DNA of 64,000 nt from Auanema rhodensis (Eukaryota; Animalia; Nematoda): the NCBI GenBank assembly GCA_964057225.1, contig OZ059900.1, positions 4,712,001-4,776,000 on the forward strand, given 5' to 3'. The notes under the pieces were generated by a model that made no database searches, had not been told where the DNA came from, and saw only the letters and a program-made list of their open reading frames with translations. The position numbers and the translations under genes were made by a program. This document shows positions 1-12,144 of this stretch, piece after piece; position 1 is the stretch's first letter, and each line of letters begins with the position of its first letter.

Positions 1-3000
1 CCTTTAAGATAGTGTTTCTAGACTAATATAACCATGGGGACTTCATTAAATTTCACAGTATTCTTCTATCTTTAACGGTATCCGAGTTACAAATCAAGAT
101 CACTTTCCTTGGATACTTAGGTGGTATAGCTACCTGTTCACAAAAAATTGGAAGTCCTGGTTACCATGCATCAAACCCATTAAGATTGTGTTTCTAGACT
201 AATATAACCATGGAGACTTCATTAAATTTCACAGTATTCTTCTATCTTTAACGGTATCCGAGTTACAAATCAAGATCACTTTCTTTGGATACTTAGGAGG
301 TATAGCTACCTGTTCACAAAAAAGTCGAAGTCTTGGTTACCATGCATCAAATCCTTTAAGATAGTGTTTCTAGACTAATATAACCATGGGGACTTCCTTA
401 AATTTAACAGTATTCTTCTATCTTCAACGGTATCCGAGTTACAAATCAAGATCACTTTCTTTGGATACTTAGGTGGTATAGCTACCTGTTCACAAAAAAT
501 TGGACGTCCTGGTTACCATGCATCAAATCCTTTAAGATAGTGTTTCTAGACTAATATAACCATGGGGACTTCATTAAAATTAACAGTATTCTTTTATCTT
601 TAACGGTATCCGAGTTACAAATCAAGATCACTTTCTTTGGATACTTAGGTGGTATAGCTACCTGTTCACAAAAAATTGGAAGTCCTGGTTACCATGCATC
701 AAACCCATTAAGATTGTGTTTCTAGACTAATATGACCATGATGACTTCATTGAAATTCACAGTATTCTTCTATCTTCAACGGTATCCGAGTTACAAATCA
801 AGATCACTTTCTTTGGATACTTAGGTGGTATAGCTACCTGTTCACAAAAAATTGGAAGTCTTGGTTACCATGCATCAAATCCTTTAAGATAGTGTTTCTA
901 GACTAATATAACCATGGGGACTTCATTAAATTTCACAGTATTCTTCTATCTTTAACGGTATCCGAGTTACAAATCAAGATCACTTTCCTTGGATACTTAG
1001 GTGGTATAGCTACCTGTTCACAAAAAATTGGAAGTCTTGGTTACCATGCATCAAATCCTTTAAGATAGTGTTTCTAGTCTAATATAACCATGGGGACTTC
1101 ATTAAATTTCACAGTATTCTTTTATCTTTAACGGTATCCGAGTTACAAATCAAGATCACTTTCTTTGGATACTTAGGTGATATAGCTACCTGTTCACAAA
1201 AAATTGGAAGTCCTGGTTACCATGCATCAAACCCATTAAGATTGTGTTTCTAGACTAATATGACCATGATGACTTCATTGAAAATCACAGTATTCTTCTA
1301 TCTTCAACGGTATCCGAGTTACAAATCAAGATCACTTTCTTTGGATACTTAGGTGGTATAGCTACCTGTTCACAAAAAATTCGAAGTCTTGGTTACCATG
1401 CATCAAATCCTTTAAGATAGTGTTTCTAGACTAATATAACCATGGGGACTTCATTAAATTTCACAGTATTCTTCTATCTTCAACGGTATCCGAGTTACAA
1501 ATCAAGATCACTTTCTTTGGATACTTAGGTGGTATAGCTACCTGTTCACAAAAAATTGGACGTCTTGGTTACCATGCATCAAACCCATTAAGATTGTGTT
1601 TCTAGACTAATATGACCATGATGACTTCATTAAATTTCACAGTATTCTTCTATCTTCAACGGTATCCGAGTTACAAATCAAGATCATTTTCTTTGGATAC
1701 TTAGGTGGTATAGCTACCTGTTCACAAAAAATTGGAAGTCCTGGTTACCATGCATCAAACCCATTAAGATTGTGTTTCTAGACTAATATGACCATGAAAA
1801 ATTCATTTAAGTTCACAGTATTCTTCTATCTTTAACGGTATCCGAGTTACAAATCAAGATCACTTTCCTTGGATACTTAGGTGGTATAGCTACCTGTTCA
1901 CAAAAAATTGGAAGTCCTGGTTACCATGCATCAAACCCATTAAGATTGTGTTTCTAGACTAATATGACCATGATGACTTCATTGAAAATCACAGTATTCT
2001 TCTATCTTCAACGGTATCCGAGTTACAAATCAAGATCACTTTCTTTGGATACTTAGGTGGTATAGCTACCTGTTCACAAAAAATTCGAAGTCTTGGTTAC
2101 CATGCATCAAATCCTTTAAGATAGTGTTTCTAGACTAATATAACCATGGGGACTTCATTAAATTTCACAGTATTCTTCTATCTTCAACGGTATCCGAGTT
2201 ACAAATCAAGATCACTTTCTTTGGATACTTAGGTGGTATAGCTACCTGTTCACAAAAAATTGGACGTCTTGGTTACCATGCATCAAACCCATTAAGATTG
2301 TGTTTCTAGACTAATATGACCATGATGACTTCATTAAATTTCACAGTATTCTTCTATCTTCAACGGTATCCGAGTTACAAATCAAGATCACTTTCCTTGG
2401 ATACTTAGGTGGTATAGCTACCTGTTCACAAAAAATTGGAAGTCCTGGTTACCATGCATCAAACCCATTAAGATTGTGTTTCTAGACTAATATAACCATG
2501 GGGACTTCATTAAATTTCACAGTATTCTTCTATCTTTAACGGTATCCGAGTTACAAATCAAGATCACTTTCTTTGGATACTTAGGTGGTATAGCTACCTG
2601 TTCACAAAAAATTCGAAGTCTTGGTTACCATGCATCAAATCCTTTAAGATAGTGTTTCTAGACTAATATAACCATGGGGACTTCCTTAAATTTAACAGTA
2701 TTCTTCTATCTTCAACGGTATCCGAGTTACAAATCAAGATCACTTTCTTTGGATACTTAGGTGGTATAGCTACCTGTTCACAAAAAATTGGACGTCTTGG
2801 TTACCATGCATCAAACCCATTAAGATTGTGTTTCTAGACTAATATGACCATGATGACTTCATTAAATTTCACAGTATTCTTCTATCTTCAACGGTATCCG
2901 AGTTACAAATCAAGATCACTTTCTTTGGATACTTAGGTGGTATAGCTACCTGTTCACAAAAAATTGGAAGTCCTGGTTACCATGCATCAAACCCATTAAG

Positions 3001-6000
3001 ATTGTGTTTCTAGACTAATATGACCATGATGACTTCATTAAATTTCACAGTATTCTTCTATCTTCAACGGTATCCGAGTTACAAATCAAGATCACTTTCT
3101 TTGGATACTTAGGTGGTATAGCTACCTGTTCACAAAAAATTCGAAGTCTTGGTTACCATGCATCAAATCCTTTGAGATAGTGTTTCTAGACTAATATAAC
3201 CATGGGGACTTTATTAAATTTCACAGTATTCTTCTATCTTCAACGGTATCCGAGTTACAAATCAAGATCACTTTCTTTGGATACTTAGGTGGTATAGCTA
3301 CCTGTTCACAAAAAATTCGAAGTCTTGGTTACCATGCATCAAATCCTTTAAGATAGTGTTTCTAGACTAATATAACCATGGGGACTTCATTAAATTTCAC
3401 AGTATTCATCTATCTTCAACGGTATCCGAGTTACAAATCAAGATCACTTTCTTTGGATACTTAGGTGGTATAGCTACCTGTTCACAAAAAATTGGAAGTC
3501 CTGGTTACCATGCATCAAACCCATTAAGATTGTGTTTCTAGACTAATATGACCATGATGACTTCATTGAAAATCACAGTATTCTTCTATCTTCAACGGTA
3601 TCCGAGTTACAAAGCAAGATCACTTTCTTTGGATACTTAGGTGGTATAGCTACCTGTTCACAAAAAATTCGAAGTCTTGGTTACCATGCATCAAATCCTT
3701 TAAGATAGTGTTTCTAGACTAATATAACCATGAGGACTTCATTAAATTTCACAGTATTCTTCTATCTTCAACGGTATCCGAGTTACAAATCAAGATCACT
3801 TTCTTTGGATACTTAGGTGGTATAGCTACCTGTTCACAAAAAATTGGACGTCTTGGTTACCATGCATCAAACCCATTAAGATTGTGTTTCTAGACTAATA
3901 TGACCATGATGACTTCATTAAATTTCACAGTATTCTTCTATCTTCAACGGTATCCGAGTTACAAATCAAGATCACTTTCTTTGGATACTTAGGTGGTATA
4001 GCTACCTGTTCACAAAAAATTGGACGTCTTGGTTACCATGCATCAAATCCTTTAAGATAGTGTTTCTAGACTAATATAACCATGGGGACTTCATTAAATT
4101 TCACAGTATTCTTCTATCTTTAACGGTATCCGAGTTACAAATCAAGATCACTTTCCTTGGATACTTAGGTGGTATAGCTACCTGTTCACAAAAAATTGGA
4201 AGTCCTGGTTACCATGCATCAAACCCATTAAGATTGTGTTTCTAGACTAATATAACCATGGAGACTTCATTAAATTTCACAGTATTCTTCTATCTTTAAC
4301 GGTATCCGAGTTACAAATCAAGATCACTTTCTTTGGATACTTAGGAGGTATAGCTACCTGTTCACAAAAAAGTCGAAGTCTTGGTTACCATGCATCAAAT
4401 CCTTTAAGATAGTGTTTCTAGACTAATATAACCATGGGGACTTCCTTAAATTTAACAGTATTCTTCTATCTTCAACGGTATCCGAGTTACAAATCAAGAT
4501 CACTTTCTTTGGATACTTAGGTGGTATAGCTACCTGTTCACAAAAAATTGGACGTCCTGGTTACCATGCATCAAATCCTTTAAGATAGTGTTTCTAGACT
4601 AATATAACCATGGGGACTTCATTAAAATTAACAGTATTCTTTTATCTTTAACGGTATCCGAGTTACAAATCAAGATCACTTTCTTTGGATACTTAGGTGG
4701 TATAGCTACCTGTTCACAAAAAATTGGAAGTCCTGGTTACCATGCATCAAACCCATTAAGATTGTGTTTCTAGACTAATATGACCATGATGACTTCATTG
4801 AAATTCACAGTATTCTTCTATCTTCAACGGTATCCGAGTTACAAATCAAGATCACTTTCTTTGGATACTTAGGTGGTATAGCTACCTGTTCACAAAAAAT
4901 TGGAAGTCTTGGTTACCATGCATCAAATCCTTTAAGATAGTGTTTCTAGACTAATATAACCATGGGGACTTCATTAAATTTCACAGTATTCTTCTATCTT
5001 TAACGGTATCCGAGTTACAAATCAAGATCACTTTCCTTGGATACTTAGGTGGTATAGCTACCTGTTCACAAAAAATTGGAAGTCTTGGTTACCATGCATC
5101 AAATCCTTTAAGATAGTGTTTCTAGTCTAATATAACCATGGGGACTTCATTAAATTTCACAGTATTCTTTTATCTTTAACGGTATCCGAGTTACAAATCA
5201 AGATCACTTTCTTTGGATACTTAGGTGATATAGCTACCTGTTCACAAAAAATTGGAAGTCCTGGTTACCATGCATCAAACCCATTAAGATTGTGTTTCTA
5301 GACTAATATGACCATGATGACTTCATTGAAAATCACAGTATTCTTCTATCTTCAACGGTATCCGAGTTACAAATCAAGATCACTTTCTTTGGATACTTAG
5401 GTGGTATAGCTACCTGTTCACAAAAAATTCGAAGTCTTGGTTACCATGCATCAAATCCTTTAAGATAGTGTTTCTAGACTAATATAACCATGGGGACTTC
5501 ATTAAATTTCACAGTATTCTTCTATCTTCAACGGTATCCGAGTTACAAATCAAGATCACTTTCTTTGGATACTTAGGTGGTATAGCTACCTGTTCACAAA
5601 AAATTGGACGTCTTGGTTACCATGCATCAAACCCATTAAGATTGTGTTTCTAGACTAATATGACCATGATGACTTCATTAAATTTCACAGTATTCTTCTA
5701 TCTTCAACGGTATCCGAGTTACAAATCAAGATCATTTTCTTTGGATACTTAGGTGGTATAGCTACCTGTTCACAAAAAATTGGAAGTCCTGGTTACCATG
5801 CATCAAACCCATTAAGATTGTGTTTCTAGACTAATATGACCATGAAAAATTCATTTAAGTTCACAGTATTCTTCTATCTTTAACGGTATCCGAGTTACAA
5901 ATCAAGATCACTTTCCTTGGATACTTAGGTGGTATAGCTACCTGTTCACAAAAAATTGGAAGTCCTGGTTACCATGCATCAAACCCATTAAGATTGTGTT

Positions 6001-6442
6001 TCTAGACTAATATGACCATGATGACTTCATTGAAAATCACAGTATTCTTCTATCTTCAACGGTATCCGAGTTACAAATCAAGATCACTTTCTTTGGATAC
6101 TTAGGTGGTATAGCTACCTGTTCACAAAAAATTCGAAGTCTTGGTTACCATGCATCAAATCCTTTAAGATAGTGTTTCTAGACTAATATAACCATGGGGA
6201 CTTCATTAAATTTCACAGTATTCTTCTATCTTCAACGGTATCCGAGTTACAAATCAAGATCACTTTCTTTGGATACTTAGGTGGTATAGCTACCTGTTCA
6301 CAAAAAATTGGACGTCTTGGTTACCATGCATCAAACCCATTAAGATTGTGTTTCTAGACTAATATGACCATGATGACTTCATTAAATTTCACAGTATTCT
6401 TCTATCTTCAACGGTATCCGAGTTACAAATCAAGATCACTTT
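1..6442. repeat. Block duplication at 4048-bp (23-monomer) spacing: 1-~2394 repeated at 4049-~6442
   Basis: Private variants recur exactly 4048 bp apart: gagacttc 213/4261, ctagTct 1078/5126, ggtgAta 1180/5228, gatcaTttt 1687/5735, gaaaaattcatttaag ~1797/~5845. Confidence 0.9.
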
Positions 6443-6864
6443 CTTTGGATACTTAGGTGGTATAGCTACCTGTTCACAAAAAATTGGACGTCTTGGTTAC
6501 CATTCATCAAACCCATTAAGATTGTGTTTCTAGACTAATATGACCATGATGACTTCATTAAATTTCACAGTATTCTTCTATCTTCAACGGTATCCGAGTT
6601 ACAAATCAAGATCACTTTCTTTGGATACTTAGGTGGTATAGCTACCTGTTCACAAAAAATTGGAAGTCCTGGTTACCATGCATCAAACCCATTAAGATTG
6701 TGTTTCTAGACTAATATGACCATGATGATTTTATTAAATTTCACAGTATTCTTCTATCTTCAACGGTATCCGAGTTACAAATCAAGATCACTTTCTTTGG
6801 ATACTTAGGTGGTATAGCTACCTGTTCACAAAAAATTCGAAGTCTTGGTTACCATGCATCAAAT

Positions 6865-9800
6865 CCTTTAAGATAGTGTTTATAGACTAATATAACCATG
6901 GGGACTTCATTAAAATTAACAGTATTCTTTTATCTTTAACGGTATCCGAGTTACAAATCAAGATCACTTTCTTTGGATACTTAGGTGGTATAGCTACCTG
7001 TTCACAAAAAATTGGAAGTCCTGGTTACCATGCATCAAACCCATTAAGATTGTGTTTCTAGACTAATATGACCATGATGACTTCATTGAAATTCACAGTA
7101 TTCTTCTATCTTCAACGGTATCCGAGTTACAAATCAAGATCACTTTCTTTGGATACTTAGGTGGTATAGCTACCTGTTCACAAAAAATTGGAAGTCCTGG
7201 TTACCATGCATCAAACCCATTAAGATAGTGTTTCTAGACTAATATAACCATGGGGACTTCATTAAATTTCACAGTATTCTTCTATCTTTAACGGTATCCG
7301 AGTTACAAATCAAGATCACTTTCCTTGGATACTTAGGTGGTATAGCTACCTGTTCACAAAAAATTGGAAGTCCTGGTTACCATGCATCAAACCCATTAAG
7401 ATTGTGTTTCTAGACTAATATAACCATGGGGACTTCATTAAATTTCACAGTATTCTTCTATCTTTAACGGTATCCGAGTTACAAATCAAGATCACTTTCC
7501 TTGGATACTTAGGTGGTATAGCTACCTGTTCACAAAAAATTGGACGTCTTGGTTACCATGCATCAAACCCATTAAGATTGTGTTTCTAGACTAATATGAC
7601 CATGATGACTTCATTAAATTTCACAGTATTCTTCTATCTTCAACGGTATCCGAGTTACAAATCAAGATCACTTTCTTTGGATACTTAGGTGGTATAGCTA
7701 CCTGTTCACAAAAAATTGGAAGTCCTGGTTACCATGCATCAAACCCATTAAGATTGTGTTTCTAGACTAATATGACCATGATGACTTCATTAAATTTCAC
7801 AGTATTCTTCTATCTTCAACGGTATCCGAGTTACAAATCAAGATCACTTTCTTTGGATACTTAGGTGGTATAGCTACCTGTTCACAAAAAATTGGAAGTC
7901 CTGGTTACCATGCATCAAACCCATTAAGATTGTGTTTCTAGACTAATATGACCATGATGACTTCATTAAATTTCACAGTATTCTTCTATCTTCAACGGTA
8001 TCCGAGTTACAAATCAAGATCACTTTCTTTGGATACTTAGGTGGTATAGCTACCTGTTCACAAAAAATTCGAAGTCTTGGTTACCATGCATCAAATCCTT
8101 TAAGATAGTGTTTCTAGACTAATATAACCATGGGGACTTCATTAAAATTAACAGTATTCTTTTATCTTTAACGGTATCCGAGTTACAAATCAAGATCACT
8201 TTCTTTGGATACTTAGGTGGTATAGCTACCTGTTCACAAAAAATTGGACGTCTTGGTTACCATGCATCAAACCCATTAAGATTGTGTTTCTAGACTAATA
8301 TAACCATGGGGACTTCATTAAATTTCACAGTATTCTTCTATCTTTAACGGTATCCGAGTTACAAATCAAGATCACTTTCCTTGGATACTTAGGTGGTATA
8401 GCTACCTGTTCACAAAAAATTCGAAGTCTTGGTTACCATGCATCAAATCCTTTAAGATAGTGTTTATAGACTAATATAACCATGGGGACTTCATTAAAAT
8501 TAACAGTATTCTTTTATCTTTAACGGTATCCGAGTTACAAATCAAGATCACTTTCTTTGGATACTTAGGTGGTATAGCTACCTGTTCACAAAAAATTGGA
8601 AGTCCTGGTTACCATGCATCAAACCCATTAAGATTGTGTTTCTAGACTAATATGACCATGATGACTTCATTGAAATTCACAGTATTCTTCTATCTTCAAC
8701 GGTATCCGAGTTACAAATCAAGATCACTTTCTTTGGATACTTAGGTGGTATAGCTACCTGTTCACAAAAAATTGGAAGTCCTGGTTACCATGCATCAAAC
8801 CCATTAAGATAGTGTTTCTAGACTAATATAACCATGGGGACTTCATTAAATTTCACAGTATTCTTCTATCTTTAACGGTATCCGAGTTACAAATCAAGAT
8901 CACTTTCCTTGGATACTTAGGTGGTATAGCTACCTGTTCACAAAAAATTGGAAGTCCTGGTTACCATGCATCAAACCCATTAAGATTGTGTTTCTAGACT
9001 AATATAACCATGGGGACTTCATTAAATTTCACAGTATTCTTCTATCTTTAACGGTATCCGAGTTACAAATCAAGATCACTTTCCTTGGATACTTAGGTGG
9101 TATAGCTACCTGTTCACAAAAAATTGGACGTCTTGGTTACCATGCATCAAACCCATTAAGATTGTGTTTCTAGACTAATATGACCATGATGACTTCATTA
9201 AATTTCACAGTATTCTTCTATCTTCAACGGTATCCGAGTTACAAATCAAGATCACTTTCTTTGGATACTTAGGTGGTATAGCTACCTGTTCACAAAAAAT
9301 TGGAAGTCCTGGTTACCATGCATCAAACCCATTAAGATTGTGTTTCTAGACTAATATGACCATGATGACTTCATTAAATTTCACAGTATTCTTCTATCTT
9401 CAACGGTATCCGAGTTACAAATCAAGATCACTTTCTTTGGATACTTAGGTGGTATAGCTACCTGTTCACAAAAAATTGGAAGTCCTGGTTACCATGCATC
9501 AAACCCATTAAGATTGTGTTTCTAGACTAATATGACCATGATGACTTCATTAAATTTCACAGTATTCTTCTATCTTCAACGGTATCCGAGTTACAAATCA
9601 AGATCACTTTCTTTGGATACTTAGGTGGTATAGCTACCTGTTCACAAAAAATTCGAAGTCTTGGTTACCATGCATCAAATCCTTTAAGATAGTGTTTCTA
9701 GACTAATATAACCATGGGGACTTCATTAAAATTAACAGTATTCTTTTATCTTTAACGGTATCCGAGTTACAAATCAAGATCACTTTCTTTGGATACTTAG

Positions 9801-10000
9801 GTGGTATAGCTACCTGTTCACAAAAAATTGGACGTCTTGGTTACCATGCATCAAACCCATTAAGATTGTGTTTCTAGACTAATATAACCATGGGGACTTC
9901 ATTAAATTTCACAGTATTCTTCTATCTTTAACGGTATCCGAGTTACAAATCAAGATCACTTTCCTTTGATACTTAGGTGGTATAGCTACCTGTTCACAAA
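6865..10000. repeat. Tandem 9-monomer (1584 bp) duplication
   Basis: The tttAtaga variant is at 6882 and 8466 (1584 apart). Monomer-type order from 6865 is repeated from 8449. Confidence 0.85.
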
Positions 10001-12144
10001 AAATTGGACGTCTTGGTTACCATGCATCAAACCCATTAAGATTGTGTTTCTAGACTAATATGACCATGATGACTTCATTAAATTTCACAGTATTCTTCTA
10101 TCTTCAACGGTATCCGAGTTACAAATCAAGATCACTTTCTTTGGATACTTAGGTGGTATAGCTACCTGTTCACAAAAAATTGGAAGTCCTGGTTACCATG
10201 CATCAAACCCATTAAGATTGTGTTTCTAGACTAATATGACCATGATGACTTCATTAAATTTCACAGTATTCTTCTATCTTCAACGGTATCCGAGTTACAA
10301 ATCAAGATCACTTTCTTTGGATACTTAGGTGGTATAGCTACCTGTTCACAAAAAATTGGAAGTCCTGGTTACCATGCATCAAACCCATTAAGATTGTGTT
10401 TCTAGACTAATATGACCATGATGACTTCATTAAATTTCACAGTATTCTTCTATCTTCAACGGTATCCGAGTTACAAATCAAGATCACTTTCTTTGGATAC
10501 TTAGGTGGTATAGCTACCTGTTCACAAAAAATTCGAAGTCTTGGTTACCATGCATCAAATCCTTTAAGATAGTGTTTCTAGACTAATATAACCATGGGGA
10601 CTTCATTAAAATTAACAGTATTCTTTTATCTTTAACGGTATCCGAGTTACAAATCAAGATCACTTTCTTTGGATACTTAGGTGGTATTGCTACCTGTTCA
10701 CAAAAAATTGGAAGTCCTGGTTACCATGCATCAAACCCATTAAGATTGTGTTTCTAGACTAATATGACCATGATGACTTCATTGAAATTCACAGTATTCT
10801 TCTATCTTCAACGGTATCCGAGTTACAAATCAAGATCACTTTCTTTGGATACTTAGGTGGTATAGCTACCTGTTCACAAAAAATTCGAAGTCTTGGTTAC
10901 CATGCATCAAATCCTTTAAGATAGTGTTTCTAGACTAATATAACCATGGGGACTTCATTAAATTTCACAGTATTCTTCTATCTTCAACGGTATCCGAGTT
11001 ACAAATCAAGATCACTTTCTTTGGATACTTAGGTGGTATAGCTACCTGTTCACAAAAAATTCGAAGTCTTGGTTACCATGCATCAAATCCTTTAAGATAG
11101 TGTTTCTAGACTAATATAACCATGGGGACTTCATTAAATTTCACAGTATTCTTCTATCTTCAACGGTATCCGAGTTACAAATCAAGATCACTTTCTTTGG
11201 ATACTTAGGTGGTATAGCTACCTGTTCACAAAAAATTCGAAGTCTTGGTTACCATGCATCAAATCCTTTAAGATAGTGTTTCTAGACTAATATAACCATG
11301 GGGACTTCATTAAAATTAACAGTATTCTTTTATCTTTAACGGTATCCGAGTTACAAATCAAGATCACTTTCTTTGGATACTTAGGTGGTATAGCTACCTG
11401 TTCACAAAAAATTGGAAGTCCTGGTTACCATGCATCAAACCCATTAAGATTGTGTTTCTAGACTAATATGACCATGATGACTTCATTGAAAATCACAGTA
11501 TTCTTCTATCTTCAACGGTATCCGAGTTACAAATCAAGATCACTTTCTTTGGATACTTAGGTGGTATAGCTACCTGTTCACAAAAAATTCGAAGTCTTGG
11601 TTACCATGCATCAAATCCTTTAAGATAGTGTTTCTAGACTAATATAACCATGGGGACTTCATTAAATTTCACAGTATTCTTCTATCTTCAACGGTATCCG
11701 AGTTACAAATCAAGATCACTTTCTTTGGATACTTAGGTTGTATAGCTACCTGTTCACAAAAAATTGGACGTCTTGGTTACCATGCATCAAACCCATTAAG
11801 ATTGTGTTTCTAGACTAATATGACCATGATGACTTCATTAAATTTCACAGTATTCTTCTATCTTCAACGGTATCCGAGTTACAAATCAAGATCACTTTCT
11901 TTGGATACTTAGGTGGTATAGCTACCTGTTCACAAAAAATTCGAAGTCTTGGTTACCATGCATCAAATCCTTTAAGATAGTGTTTCTAGACTAATATAAC
12001 CATGGGGACTTCATTAAATTTCACAGTATTCTTCTATCTTCAACGGTATCCGAGTTACAAATCAAGATCACTTTCTTTGGATACTTAGGTGGTATAGCTA
12101 CCTGTTCACAAAAAATTCGAAGTCTTGGTTACCATGCATCAAAT

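Noticed and set aside
1-12. Compensatory covariation at positions 3 and 11 (T..A versus A..T)
   Set aside because: The implied stem is only about 2 bp. The non-pairing A..A combination is common (for example 12321, 14081), and shared descent explains the linkage.
74-90. CENP-B box (two CpGs in aacggtatccgag)
   Set aside because: It does not fit nTTCGnnnnAnnCGGGn on either strand. The CpGs are 7 bp apart rather than 9.
96-125. Assignment to Brassica CentBr (also 176 bp)
   Set aside because: Only the length and short patches (tttggatac...gtggt, atcacttt) resemble my recollection of CentBr, and the rest does not. An alignment is needed before any assignment.
1-176. 5S rRNA, tRNA or snRNA tandem gene array
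   Set aside because: I see no recognisable 5S/tRNA sequence, A/B/C boxes or cloverleaf. The monomer is AT-rich.
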